Below are positions 8,862 to 18,543 of a stretch of 64,000 bases of DNA, piece by piece (position 1 is the stretch's first letter; every line of letters starts with the position of its first letter). The notes under the pieces are model-generated. The model saw nothing but the letters and a program-made list of their open reading frames with translations. It did not search any database and was not told where the DNA came from. The stretch covers positions 1,759 through 65,758 of the forward strand of contig JABJHA010000044.1 of assembly GCA_018662005.1 (NCBI GenBank), in the 5' to 3' direction. Position numbers and translations under genes: made by a program. This stretch comes from Rhodospirillaceae bacterium. GTDB lineage: Bacteria > Pseudomonadota > Alphaproteobacteria > Rhodospirillales > JABHCV01.

Positions 8862-10010
8862 TTAAATAATCATGTCGGGCAGCGCTTTCGCATGATTTGT
8901 GATTTGCTCGTAACCGTCTTCGGTGACAATAAAGCTGTCGCCCACCTGCGCACGGAAGGTTTTTGCCACACTGACCGATCCGTCAACGGCCAGCACCATG
9001 CCGGGGCGTAAGATCGTTTCATCCCCGAAAACAAGTTCCGGCTTTTCCAGAAAACTGTACCCGGTGGCCCGTCCGCAGCGGAACGGGTAGTCGTATCCGG
9101 CCCCTTCAATAACGGCGGCGTAGGCGGCGTGGACATCCTGGGCGGCGATACCGGGGCGTAAGACCTTTAGCGCCGCCGCCTGACTATCAACCGCGACCTG
9201 ATAGACCTGGGCCTGCTCGTCGTTTGGCACTTCGCCGATCCAGAACGTCCGGTCAAAGCCCAGTTTGAAGCGGTGAAAATTGGTCATTCCGCAAAAACAA
9301 AGGAAGACCGGTTCGCCGCGCCTGATGATGCGGGTCGAGGCGCGGTGATGGGGTTTGGTGATCTCCTTTCCCGAGCTCATGATTTGCAGGAAGTGGGTGT
9401 TTGGTGACATGCAGGTGTCGTCATAGTGGGCGTCTAGAAGTTCAGCCGCCTTACGGGTTCCCGCCGCGTTCGTCGCCAAGGCCACCTCAAATTCCGCCAC
9501 ACCATCACCCAGGGCCGCCCGCCCGGCGTCCATCATCGCCATGGCGACCTGGCCTGCGTGACGGGCCAGTTGCAGTTCTTCAGCTGACTTGATCATCCGC
9601 ATGTCGGCGACAAGCGGTGTGATGTCATCCAGGGTTTCTTTTGAAACGAGCGATTGGACGTAATCCCTGACCAGCGCCGGCATCAGGGTGGGCTCGATGG
9701 CGACCCGCCCGGCGCCTTCAAGGGCGCCCGGCAGTTCGGCCCGCCATTCATCGCCCATGCCGTCGTTCCAGACGGCGATACGCTCAACCCGGGCGGCCTC
9801 TCCGGCCATGTCCATTTCCATGCTTGGGGTGACAAGCAGGCTGTCACCATCCTTCGGCACAACAAGGATCGTCGGCCGGCCAAAATCCATGTGCAGATAG
9901 TCATAGTAGCCGGTGAAGTAGTAGACGCTGTCGTCATCGGTGATCAGCGCCACATCGATATCGCGCTCGGCCAACTCACCCCGCAACGTCTCCATCCTGT
10001 GCGAAAACAT
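8862..10010 (-). CDS. M24-fold hydrolase (creatinase / Xaa-Pro peptidase / ectoine-hydrolase-like)
   Basis: Creatinase-type N-domain (DVALITDDDSVYYFTGY) plus a pita-bread C-domain. The start is moved to ATG 10010 (MFSHRMETLRGEL); the track extends to 10103. Confidence 0.8.
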   Translation of the reverse strand: MFSHRMETLRGELAERDIDVALITDDDSVYYFTGYYDYLHMDFGRPTILVVPKDGDSLLVTPSMEMDMAGEAARVERIAVWNDGMGDEWRAELPGALEGAGRVAIEPTLMPALVRDYVQSLVSKETLDDITPLVADMRMIKSAEELQLARHAGQVAMAMMDAGRAALGDGVAEFEVALATNAAGTRKAAELLDAHYDDTCMSPNTHFLQIMSSGKEITKPHHRASTRIIRRGEPVFLCFCGMTNFHRFKLGFDRTFWIGEVPNDEQAQVYQVAVDSQAAALKVLRPGIAAQDVHAAYAAVIEGAGYDYPFRCGRATGYSFLEKPELVFGDETILRPGMVLAVDGSVSVAKTFRAQVGDSFIVTEDGYEQITNHAKALPDMII

Positions 10011-10322
10011 GATGCCTCGGGTTCCCCCTTCAAGTGACGGTTTAAAACCTAGCAAATAAATGAAGTGGCGTCCCCAACGAGATTGTATCGCTTCAATGTG
10101 CAAAAATTACTGGTTTAGAAAATTGTGAAGCTTGAATACCCGATATCCGCGGTTGCAGAAATCTGGTCTGGTGTCAGGGGTAGAACAGACATCCATGGAA
10201 TGAAGCTTTTCATCAGCAATTGACCCCAAACAGATATGTCCCATTCACAATTGATGAGAATTTCGTTATTAATTTTTTATATAGAAGGCACATGTCCCTG
10301 TTTGGAGGAGAAAGGTTCGATT

Positions 10323-11141
10323 GTGATTAACTTTAGAATTATTTTTATCGCGACCTTGTTGCTCATAACTTATTACGAGACCAAGGCCTATGCAGATTAT
10401 GACAGTGGTCGGGTTGCCTATGATAACCATGATTACGCCACTGCTTTTAAAGAACTAGCCCCACTGGCAAAAAAAGGAGATGCCCGGGCGCAGAATATCC
10501 TCGGTCAGATGTATCGTCATGGAAACGGGGTGGAGGCGGACGTCGTTATAGGCACGACCTGGATACACAAGGCCGCAACAAAGGGCTGGGCTCCTGCCCA
10601 ATATGATCTTGGGGTGATTTTCCGCAATTTGGCCGTGACAAAGTCTCAATACAAAAAAGCCGTCAAATGGCTGACGGAAGCCTCCTTACAGGGGCACCTG
10701 CAAGCACAATTTGCTCTTGGCAAGATGTACAGGGACGGTTTTGGTGTCGTTAATGATGACGTCAAGGCTCTGGTTCTGTTCAACAAAGCCGCCAAGAAAA
10801 TAAAGGAAGTCAGGGCTGCCAGGAAACAACTCATGAAACGTATGTCGCAGAAGGATATCAACCGCGCCAAGGGTATGGGATTGGCGGTACTTAAGGATAA
10901 TGCCAAGATAAAGACGTTTGCAGAAAGCAAGACAATGTCCAGGAACGTGAAAGGGGAGTGCGGCGAAGCAGGCAAATCACTTCACCAGCTTTCGGGCATG
11001 ATGGAAAAGAATGCCGCCTTGTTGAAAGAGTGCATCGGCCTGAACTGGAACGGAAGCCTGTGTTCCGGCCAACTATACGCCCTGAAAGAAACCTATGAGC
11101 AACTGACCAAGGCCGCAAATATCTTGAAAGAGGAATGCTGA
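10323..11141 (+). CDS. Secreted Sel1-like repeat (SLR/TPR) protein with a Cys-containing C-terminal tail
   Basis: At least 3 SLR units (AQNILGQMYRHGNGV, AQYDLGVIFRN, AQFALGKMYRDGFGV). GTG at 10323 lies 12 nt after GGAGGAG and gives the signal peptide VINFRIIFIATLLLITYY...AYA. The track start is 10236. Confidence 0.75.
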   Translation: MINFRIIFIATLLLITYYETKAYADYDSGRVAYDNHDYATAFKELAPLAKKGDARAQNILGQMYRHGNGVEADVVIGTTWIHKAATKGWAPAQYDLGVIFRNLAVTKSQYKKAVKWLTEASLQGHLQAQFALGKMYRDGFGVVNDDVKALVLFNKAAKKIKEVRAARKQLMKRMSQKDINRAKGMGLAVLKDNAKIKTFAESKTMSRNVKGECGEAGKSLHQLSGMMEKNAALLKECIGLNWNGSLCSGQLYALKETYEQLTKAANILKEEC

Positions 11142-11334
11142 AGCTAAGTCTCTTTATTGCAAATAACCAAAGTTCAATTCTATGCTTACCGATTATACTG
11201 TTGCAATCAGCTTAAAGGTTTATTCCAAACAAATTAAGATTTAGGAATAAGGCGGTCCAGCATGATTGAGAAACTTTCAAGTGTTATGTTGGTAACCTAG
11301 GGGAAGACATGCTGCGGGAACCCCATGTGCAGGC

Positions 11335-11532
11335 CATGTCCCCTTTGGGTCATAAAACAGACCAAATAACAGGCCCAAATCAATGTCCGCTTTACCCCCT
11401 AATAGTGGACATTAAATTCCGGAAACTGGATTTTTCGATTTTGACTTCTGCTTAGCGTAGAAAAGCAGACATTTAATTCCTGAAACTTGATTTTGTGTTT
11501 TTGACGTCTGCTTACCGTAGAAAAGCGGACAT
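11335..11532. repeat. Cluster of REP-like palindromic intergenic elements, including a tandem ~60-bp duplication
   Basis: Hairpin units: atgtcccctttgggtcataaaacagac (11336-), atgtccgctttaccccctaatagtggacat (11383-11412). Two ~60-bp tandem units (11408-11467 and 11468-11527) each end in tctgcttaNcgtagaaaagcNgac. Confidence 0.6.
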
Positions 11533-11571
11533 AATTGGGGCGTGGCAATGGATTAAGGCCCATGTCCCTAT

Positions 11572-12279
11572 TTAACGGGGTTCCGATGCAACATCCGGAA
11601 AGAGAACATCAGCAGCATCAGGGGTCCAGATGGACCATTTTATCATAATGCCGGAAAACAAGTCAGAAGCCAGATGATCCGAGAGCCATTTCTGCAAATG
11701 CGGAAAGGGTTGTTTGTCGAACCAATCCCGGTCGGTGTTGGCGAACTGACGAACGAAAGGAAAGAGGGCAAAGTCTGCCAAAGCCGGTTTGTCGCCGAAT
11801 AACTGCCGATGACACCCTAGCCGTTCCTCCAGGAATTTTAAGAAAACAGTTCCTTCGCCACGGTGGTAAATCGGGTCGGTTCCTGGATCGTATCGGGTCG
11901 CGTATTTGTAGCGGTCCAAATGATCTTTGAAAGCGCCATCATTGCAGGCCATCACTTCTTTCATGTCATCTAGGCTGCCGATTTTTGGGGAAAGCCAATG
12001 TTGCGGGTCGTGCTTTTCCAAGGCCCACAACATGATATCCAGACTTTCTTCCAGAACGCTGCCATCTGGTAACACCAGAACGGGAACAGTCGCCTTGGCC
12101 GACACATCGCGCATTTCCTTTGGCTTGTCCCGCAAGACAATTTCTCTGAGAATGCATTTTTGGCCACTGATGCTCAGCGCCAGCCTCGCCCGCATAGCGT
12201 AAGGGCAGCGCCTAAAGGAATAAAGAATGGGAAGCTGGGTATCTTTCATGCTTGTCGCTGCAGTCGCTTCTGATGTCAT
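11572..12279 (-). CDS. Glutathione S-transferase family protein (thioredoxin-like N-domain)
   Basis: ILYSFRRCPYAMRARLAL...ATVPVLVLPDGSVLEESLDIMLWAL matches the GST N-terminal fold, followed by a helical C-domain. Confidence 0.75.
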   Translation of the reverse strand: MTSEATAATSMKDTQLPILYSFRRCPYAMRARLALSISGQKCILREIVLRDKPKEMRDVSAKATVPVLVLPDGSVLEESLDIMLWALEKHDPQHWLSPKIGSLDDMKEVMACNDGAFKDHLDRYKYATRYDPGTDPIYHRGEGTVFLKFLEERLGCHRQLFGDKPALADFALFPFVRQFANTDRDWFDKQPFPHLQKWLSDHLASDLFSGIMIKWSIWTPDAADVLFPDVASEPR

Positions 12280-12371
12280 CTAGTCCATTTTTATACCAAA
12301 TTGAAGTGCTGCAAGGTGGGCATACAGAGGACTGGATATAAATTCGATAATACTTCAATTAGTGGACAATT

Positions 12372-12653
12372 CTATACCCAGCGAAACACGGCGATACCAT
12401 AGGCGATGGAAATTATCAACGCACCCCAAAGGGGTGTTCCCATCAGGGCTAGCCAAATCAGAAAAATAAAGGCGCTGCCAAGCAATGTGATGAACAGGCG
12501 GTCGCCGCGTGTGGTGTCCAGCGTCAGGATGCCGTGACGCGGTGCGCCACCGGGGCGTCGCCACTCCAGGAAGCCCATCAGGCTGATGGCGCAAGCAACG
12601 AAGATGAAAAAAGCCGCCGTCGGCCAGGTCCACGCCATCCAGGATAAACCCAT
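12372..12653 (-). CDS. Small integral membrane protein (DUF2160-like) associated with the ABC importer
   Basis: ATG at 12653 is preceded by GGGAGGA. The 93-aa product has 3 hydrophobic helices and is the last gene of the minus-strand ABC operon. The track start 12716 is over-extended. Confidence 0.7.
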   Translation of the reverse strand: MGLSWMAWTWPTAAFFIFVACAISLMGFLEWRRPGGAPRHGILTLDTTRGDRLFITLLGSAFIFLIWLALMGTPLWGALIISIAYGIAVFRWV

Positions 12654-12669
12654 TTTTCGTCCTCCCTTT

Positions 12670-13467
12670 CTATACGCGCCCGAGGGCGAATCCCTTGGCG
12701 ATGTAGTTACGGACAAAGTAGATCACGAAAGCACCCGGTATAATTGTCAGGGTTCCGGCAGCCGCCAACAATCCCAGTTCATAGCCCGACGTACTGGCCG
12801 TTCGGGTCATGGTGGCGGCAATCGGCTTGGCGGCGACGGACGTCAGCGTTTTTGCCAACAGCAATTCGACCCACGAGAACATGAAACAGAAGAACATGGT
12901 GACACCGATACCGGCGGCGATCGTCGGGATGAAGATGCGTGTGAAGAAGCGCCAGAAGGAATATCCATCGACGTAAGCCGTTTCATCCAGTTCCTTCGGT
13001 ACGCCCGACATAAAGCCTTCCAATATCCACACGGCGAGCGGGATGTTGAACAGGCAGTGGGCCAGGGCGACAGCCAAGGGGGTGTCGAACAGGTTGACCG
13101 CCGAGTAGAGCTGGAAAAACGGTAGGGCGAAAACAGCAGGCGGGGCCATCCTGTTGGTCAGCAGCCAGAAGAACAAATGCTTGTCGCCCAAAAAGTTGAA
13201 CCGCGAAAAGGCGTAAGCCGCAGGAAGGGCGGCGCTAACAGAAATCACGGTGTTGATGCCGACATAGGTAAGGGAATTGAAGTAGCCGTTGTACCAGGTC
13301 GGGTCGGTGAAAATCTTGACGTAGTTTTCCAGTGTAAATTCACGGGGCCACAACGAGAAGGTGCCGAGAATCTCGTTAGTGGTCATGAACGACATTTTTA
13401 CCAGCCAGTAAATCGGCAACATCAGGCAGACGATATAAATGACGGGAACGATGCTCTTCTTTTTCAT
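12670..13467 (-). CDS. Carbohydrate-type ABC transporter permease (MalG-like)
   Basis: Six-helix permease with an EAA-like loop (ELDETAYVDGYSFWRFF). ATG 13467 overlaps the upstream stop (TGATG). Confidence 0.9.
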   Translation of the reverse strand: MKKKSIVPVIYIVCLMLPIYWLVKMSFMTTNEILGTFSLWPREFTLENYVKIFTDPTWYNGYFNSLTYVGINTVISVSAALPAAYAFSRFNFLGDKHLFFWLLTNRMAPPAVFALPFFQLYSAVNLFDTPLAVALAHCLFNIPLAVWILEGFMSGVPKELDETAYVDGYSFWRFFTRIFIPTIAAGIGVTMFFCFMFSWVELLLAKTLTSVAAKPIAATMTRTASTSGYELGLLAAAGTLTIIPGAFVIYFVRNYIAKGFALGRV

Positions 13468-14333
13468 CACTGGCTCTCGTTTTTCATCATCAATGTGTAG
13501 AACACCCAACTGACCAGCAGGACGATCAGGAAGTAGATCAACGACATGGCGGCTGCAGGACCCAGATCAAACTGACCCAGCGCTACTTTCACCAGGTCAA
13601 TCGACAGGAAGGTCGTTGAGTTTCCGGGGCCGCCGCCGGTCAACACGAAGGGCTCGGTGTAAATCATGAAACTGTCCATGAAACGAAGCAGGACGGCGAT
13701 GGTCAAAACCCGTTTCATTTTCGGCAATTGAATATGACGGAACACGGCCCAGGAGCTGGCGCCATCAATCTTGGCGGCCTGATAATAGTCATCCGGGATT
13801 GAACGCAGGCCCGCATAGGCCAACAGCACGACCAGTGACGTCCAGTGCCAAACATCCATCAGGATGATTGTGAACCAGGCCGAAAGCGGTTGCTGGGTAT
13901 AGTCGTAATTGAAGCCCATGGCGTTGAGACCGTGACCAAGCAGACCGATATCGGGTAGGGCAAAAATATTCCACATCGCGCCGACGACGTTCCAGGGGAT
14001 CAACAGCGGCATCGCCATGAAGACAAGACAAACGGAAACCCACATACCTTTCTTGGGCATGGTCAGGGCGATGGCGACACCCAAGGGGATTTCTATTGCG
14101 AGGATAATGCCGGTGAACGTCAACTGCCGACCGAGTGAATCGTGGAAGCGATCAGAATTCAAAACCTCCTCGAACCACTTAACGCCTTCCCAGAAGAAAA
14201 CATTGTTGCCGAAGGTTTCCTGCACCGAATAATTGACGACGGTCATCAACGGGATGATGGCGTTGAAGGCGACAAGAACGATGACCGGAAGAACGAAGAA
14301 CCAGGCCTTCTGATTTGTGGTTTTGTTATTCAT
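13467..14333 (-). CDS. Carbohydrate-type ABC transporter permease (MalF-like)
   Basis: Permease with EAA loop DDYYQAAKIDGASSWAVFRHIQLP. Start moved to MNNKTTNQKAWFF at 14333. Confidence 0.9.
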   Translation of the reverse strand: MNNKTTNQKAWFFVLPVIVLVAFNAIIPLMTVVNYSVQETFGNNVFFWEGVKWFEEVLNSDRFHDSLGRQLTFTGIILAIEIPLGVAIALTMPKKGMWVSVCLVFMAMPLLIPWNVVGAMWNIFALPDIGLLGHGLNAMGFNYDYTQQPLSAWFTIILMDVWHWTSLVVLLAYAGLRSIPDDYYQAAKIDGASSWAVFRHIQLPKMKRVLTIAVLLRFMDSFMIYTEPFVLTGGGPGNSTTFLSIDLVKVALGQFDLGPAAAMSLIYFLIVLLVSWVFYTLMMKNESQ

Positions 14334-14340
14334 ATGAACC

Positions 14341-15408
14341 TCAGGAAACCATCCAGTCGTTGGCGTACACACGTGTATGATCCGGGTTGAACTTCAAAAA
14401 AGCATTTTCCGAGGGAACAGAGGAACCATCGGGCACCAGCAGCTTGATGACATCTTCACCATGGCGGGTCTCAACGATATTGAAACGCCCGGCGTCGCTG
14501 ATTTTTTCGACGCTGACAGCAACACCGGATTCGGCGAAACTGATGAACTCGGGACGAATGCCGATTTCCAGTTTGGCGGCCGGGTCCTTGATGTCGACCT
14601 TGTGAGTCGTTTCAATGGATCCACCGCCATAAACAGGCTGTCCATTCTCAATCGCGCAGGACAGCAGGTTCATGCCGGGAGAACCAATGAAGTGGCCGAC
14701 GAAGGTATGTTGCGGGCGCTCGAAAAGCTCGACCGGCGTGCCAATCTGGACGACCTCACCATCCTGCATGACAACGACCTGGTCGGCGATGGTCAGGGCC
14801 TCCGTCTGGTCATGGGTCACATAAATCATGGTGTTGCCGATTTGCTGATGCAACTCCTTGAGCTTGGATCGCAAAATCCATTTCAGATGCGGGTCAATGA
14901 CGGTCAGCGGCTCATCGAACAGGATTGCGTTAACGTCGGAACGCACAAGGCCGCGTCCAAGTGAAATTTTCTGTTTGCCGTCAGCCGTCAGTCCGGCGGC
15001 CCGTGTCATCAGGGTTTCGCTCAAATCCAGCATCTCGGCGATTTCACGAACCTTGCTGTCGACCTCGGCCTTAGCCACGCCGCGATTGCGCAGGGGGAAG
15101 GCCAGATTGTCGTAGACGGTCATGGTGTCATAGACGACGGGGAACTGGAAAACCTGGGCTATATTTCTCTGATCCGCCGACAGGTCGGAAACCTCATCAT
15201 CGCCAAACCAGACTTCGCCCTGGGTTGGTTTCACGAGACCGGAAATAATATTGAGCAATGTTGTCTTGCCGCAACCGGACGGGCCCAGGAGCGCATAGGC
15301 TCCGCCATCCGACCAGTCAAAACTCATTTCCTTCAATGCCCAATCGGCATCGCAGGACGGTTGCTCCATGTAACTGTGGCGGAGATTTTTCAAGCTGATT
15401 TTTGACAT
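14341..15408 (-). CDS. ABC transporter ATP-binding protein (MalK-like, with C-terminal regulatory domain)
   Basis: Walker A GPSGCGKTT, signature ISLGRG, Walker B ILFDEP. Start at MSKISLKNL (15408). Confidence 0.9.
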   Translation of the reverse strand: MSKISLKNLRHSYMEQPSCDADWALKEMSFDWSDGGAYALLGPSGCGKTTLLNIISGLVKPTQGEVWFGDDEVSDLSADQRNIAQVFQFPVVYDTMTVYDNLAFPLRNRGVAKAEVDSKVREIAEMLDLSETLMTRAAGLTADGKQKISLGRGLVRSDVNAILFDEPLTVIDPHLKWILRSKLKELHQQIGNTMIYVTHDQTEALTIADQVVVMQDGEVVQIGTPVELFERPQHTFVGHFIGSPGMNLLSCAIENGQPVYGGGSIETTHKVDIKDPAAKLEIGIRPEFISFAESGVAVSVEKISDAGRFNIVETRHGEDVIKLLVPDGSSVPSENAFLKFNPDHTRVYANDWMVS

Positions 15409-15419
15409 CTTAAGCCCCC

Positions 15420-16481
15420 CTACCCCGCAACAAACTGATTGTTTTCGCCAAAGTACAGGCACTGGCTGCTGTCGAGGTGGAATTCCATCGTATGGCCGAC
15501 TTTAATAGTTCGAATGCCCGGAGACTGGGACACCCATGAGGAGCCGCCAACGTCAAAGTGGACGACACTTTCCGACCCGCTGAGTTCGGCAACCAGCACC
15601 CGGCCTTGCAGTTTTACGTCTTTATCCGGGGCCGGGTTCAGGGTCACGTAATGCGGGCGAATGGCCATACGGTAAGCGCCGTCGACTAGGTTTATGCCTG
15701 AGGCGGGCCAACTGACCTGATCGTTGAGAATAAAACGACCGTTTGAAAGCTGGACCTCGACTGCATTGATGGGGGGGTCCGAGAACACCTGCGCCGTCAG
15801 TAGATCGGTAGGCTGACGATAGACCTCCGGCGTTTTGCCAAACTGTGTAACGCGGCCTTCGTTCAAGGTTGCGGTGTGTCCGCCCAACAGCAGGGCCTCG
15901 GACGGCTCCGTTGTGGCATATACAACCGTGCACTCGCGATCCTGGAACATCTTGGGTAGCTCGTCGCGCAGTTCCTCGCGCAGTTTGTAATCCAGGTTTG
16001 CCAGCGGCTCATCAAGCAGCACCAGATCGGCGTCCTTGACCAGGGCGCGCGCCAAGGCCGTGCGTTGTTGCTGGCCGCCGGAAAGTTCGCTCGGCTTACG
16101 ACCCAGCATGGCTGTCAGCTTTAAAAGGCCTGCGACGTTGCCGACTCGCTCTTCGATTTCCTTTATTGAAAAGCGGGCGACCCGCAGGGGAGAGGCGATA
16201 TTTTCAAATACGTTAAAAAGGGGATAGTTGATAAATTGCTGATGAACAAAAGAAACGTTGCGTTTCTGAACAGGGGTTCCGGTGACGTTCGCACCGTTGA
16301 ACCAGACTTCGCCGGATGTTGGTGTTTCCAGACCCGCCATCAATTGCATCAGGGTCGTCTTGCCTGCCAGAGTCGTTCCTAAAAGGATATTAAACTCATT
16401 GCTTTCAAGGGTGAGATTGGTGTCATAGATATGGGTATCTGCTCCAACTCTTTTGACGACGTTTTTTAGCTCTAAAGTCAT
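15420..16481 (-). CDS. Second ABC transporter ATP-binding protein
   Basis: Walker A GTTLAGKTT, signature LSGGQQQR, Walker B LLDEP. Start at MTLELKNVVK (16481). Confidence 0.9.
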   Translation of the reverse strand: MTLELKNVVKRVGADTHIYDTNLTLESNEFNILLGTTLAGKTTLMQLMAGLETPTSGEVWFNGANVTGTPVQKRNVSFVHQQFINYPLFNVFENIASPLRVARFSIKEIEERVGNVAGLLKLTAMLGRKPSELSGGQQQRTALARALVKDADLVLLDEPLANLDYKLREELRDELPKMFQDRECTVVYATTEPSEALLLGGHTATLNEGRVTQFGKTPEVYRQPTDLLTAQVFSDPPINAVEVQLSNGRFILNDQVSWPASGINLVDGAYRMAIRPHYVTLNPAPDKDVKLQGRVLVAELSGSESVVHFDVGGSSWVSQSPGIRTIKVGHTMEFHLDSSQCLYFGENNQFVAG

Positions 16482-16586
16482 TCTCAGAGGTCCCGCGCCC
16501 CCTGCCAGCCTAGATACGGCGTCAGGCAGAGGTAAAGAATTCATCATTGCGTCAAAGTAAATGAAATAACCTGATTAGGGAAGTAA

Positions 16587-16613
16587 CCCGGAGGGCGTGG
16601 TGCGCCCCCCGGG
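16587..16613 (-). terminator. GC-rich intra-operon hairpin between the binding-protein gene and the ATPase genes
   Basis: cccggagggcg-tggt-gcgccccccggg forms an imperfect ~11-bp stem with no clear U-tract. It could act as an attenuator or mRNA stabiliser that raises binding-protein expression. Confidence 0.35.
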
Positions 16614-16643
16614 AAATTCCAGAGCTATGCTAAGATATCGCTC

Positions 16644-18380
16644 TTAGCTTTTGCTCCACCGTTTGACGAGTTCATCATAGTTGATGGTTTCGCCCTGCGG
16701 CTTCTCGTTGACTTTGGCTTTCGGTGAGCCGGGCTTGTTGAGCCAGACCGACGGGTCGGACTCTTTGTTCAGGCGCGGACCACAACCACCGTAGACATTG
16801 GCCTTTTCGTCGGCTGCCTGCATACGGGACATAACCAGATCCATCTCTGTCGCCAGACGGTCCATGGCTTGTTGCGGGGTGAACGCACCGGAGTTCACGT
16901 CACCGATTTGCTGCCACCAAATCTGGGCCAGCTTGGGATAATCAGGAACGTTAATGCCGGTCGGCGACCACCGCACGCGGTCGGGAGAACGATAGAACTC
17001 AACAAGACCACCCAAATTCGGGGCCCGGTCCGTGAACGATTTATGACGGATGTCACTGTCGCGGATCGGGGTCAGACCGACGTGGGTTTTCTTGAGAGAA
17101 ACGGTCTTGGAAACGGCGAACTGTGCGAACAGCCAGGCAGCCTTGCGGCGATCAACCGGGGTGGACTTGAATAATGTCCAGGAACCGGCGTCCTGATAAC
17201 CCAGTTTCTGCCCATTGACCCAGTAGGGACCATGCGGAGACGGGGCCATGCGCCACAGCGGTTTGCCGCTGTCATCGACCGTGTTGTTGCCGTCGCTCTT
17301 AGGCGCCACCATGGAGGCCGTAAAGGCGGTATACCAGAAGATCTGCTGGGCAACATTGCCCTGGGAGAGGGCAGGCAGGGATTGATAGAAGTCATAGCTT
17401 GCAGCACCCGGAGGGGCATACTTGCGAAGCCATTCGTCCCATTTGCGGATTGCGTAAACAGCGGCTGGTCCGTTCGCAGCACCACCACGCGACACCGAAG
17501 CACCGACGGGGTTGCACGAACCGGCTTCCATGCGGATGCCCCATTCGTCGACGGGGACGCCGTTGGGTAGGCCTTTGGAGCCGGCACCGGCCATCGACAG
17601 CCAGGCATCGGTCATGCGCCAACCCAGGTCGGGTGCGCGCTTGCCGTAATCCATATGCCCGTAGATACGTTTTCCATCGATATTCTTAACGTGAACGCTG
17701 AAAAATTCGGCGATGTCTTCATAGGCGGACCAGTTGACCGGAACGCCAAGATCGTAGCCGTATCTGGCTTTGAACTGTTTTTTCAGGTCTGAACGGTCGA
17801 ACCAGTCTTTACGGAACCAGTAGAGGTTCGCAAACTGCTGGTCAGGCAACTGATAGAGTTTGCCATCAGGACCGGTGGTGAACGATTTGCCCATGAAATC
17901 GTCGATGTCGAGCATGGGATTAGTGACGGTTTTACCTTCGCCGGCCATCCAGTCTGTCAGATTGACGGCTAGTTGCAGGCGGGAATGCGTACCAATTAAA
18001 TCGGAGTCGTTAATGTAGGCATCGTACAGATTACGTCCCGTCTGCATCTGTGTCTGAACCGCCTGAACGACTTCACCTTCACCAAGCAGCTGGTGATTGA
18101 CCTTGATGCCGGTGATATCTTCAAAAGCTTTTGTCAGGGTTTTGGATTCGTATTCGTGGGTCGGAATGGTTTCCGACAGAACGTTGATTTCCATTCCCTT
18201 GAAAGGAGCAGCAGCCTTGATAAACCACTCCATTTCCTTCATTTGATCGGCTTGGGATAATGTCGATGGCTGGAATTCGCTCTCCACCCATTTTTTTGCT
18301 TCTGCGGTGCCCGCTTGGCTAACGCCTGCAGACATCAGAAACGCCGCACCTGTTACAGCGGCGAGTAATCGCGCATTCAT
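16644..18380 (-). CDS. Large extracellular solute-binding protein (family 1) of the putative glycerol ABC importer
   Basis: ATG 18380 is preceded by GGGAGAA. Signal peptide MNARLLAAVTGAAFLMSAGVSQA. The ~578-aa SBP is the first gene of an SBP, 2 ATPase, 2 permease, small-membrane-protein operon beside glpR/glpD/glpK. Confidence 0.9.
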   Translation of the reverse strand: MNARLLAAVTGAAFLMSAGVSQAGTAEAKKWVESEFQPSTLSQADQMKEMEWFIKAAAPFKGMEINVLSETIPTHEYESKTLTKAFEDITGIKVNHQLLGEGEVVQAVQTQMQTGRNLYDAYINDSDLIGTHSRLQLAVNLTDWMAGEGKTVTNPMLDIDDFMGKSFTTGPDGKLYQLPDQQFANLYWFRKDWFDRSDLKKQFKARYGYDLGVPVNWSAYEDIAEFFSVHVKNIDGKRIYGHMDYGKRAPDLGWRMTDAWLSMAGAGSKGLPNGVPVDEWGIRMEAGSCNPVGASVSRGGAANGPAAVYAIRKWDEWLRKYAPPGAASYDFYQSLPALSQGNVAQQIFWYTAFTASMVAPKSDGNNTVDDSGKPLWRMAPSPHGPYWVNGQKLGYQDAGSWTLFKSTPVDRRKAAWLFAQFAVSKTVSLKKTHVGLTPIRDSDIRHKSFTDRAPNLGGLVEFYRSPDRVRWSPTGINVPDYPKLAQIWWQQIGDVNSGAFTPQQAMDRLATEMDLVMSRMQAADEKANVYGGCGPRLNKESDPSVWLNKPGSPKAKVNEKPQGETINYDELVKRWSKS

Positions 18381-18543
18381 GTAGATTCTCCCTTTATAGG
18401 TTTTTTGTGTAATCTCCCACAAACTATCAACCGAAAGAAAACGAAGGTCAAATGAAATTTTTCGATGCTGGGGTTTGCGTTTTTCATAAGGTTTGATTAC
18501 TTTGGATGACGAAACCACTGGATGCCCTGCTCCTGGAAACACA

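Noticed and set aside
11408-11532. Possible CRISPR array, because of tandem ~60-bp units with internal hairpins.
   Set aside because: Only two units, directly abutting with no unique spacers, only about 85 percent identical, and no cas genes in the window. It fits a REP-like duplication instead.
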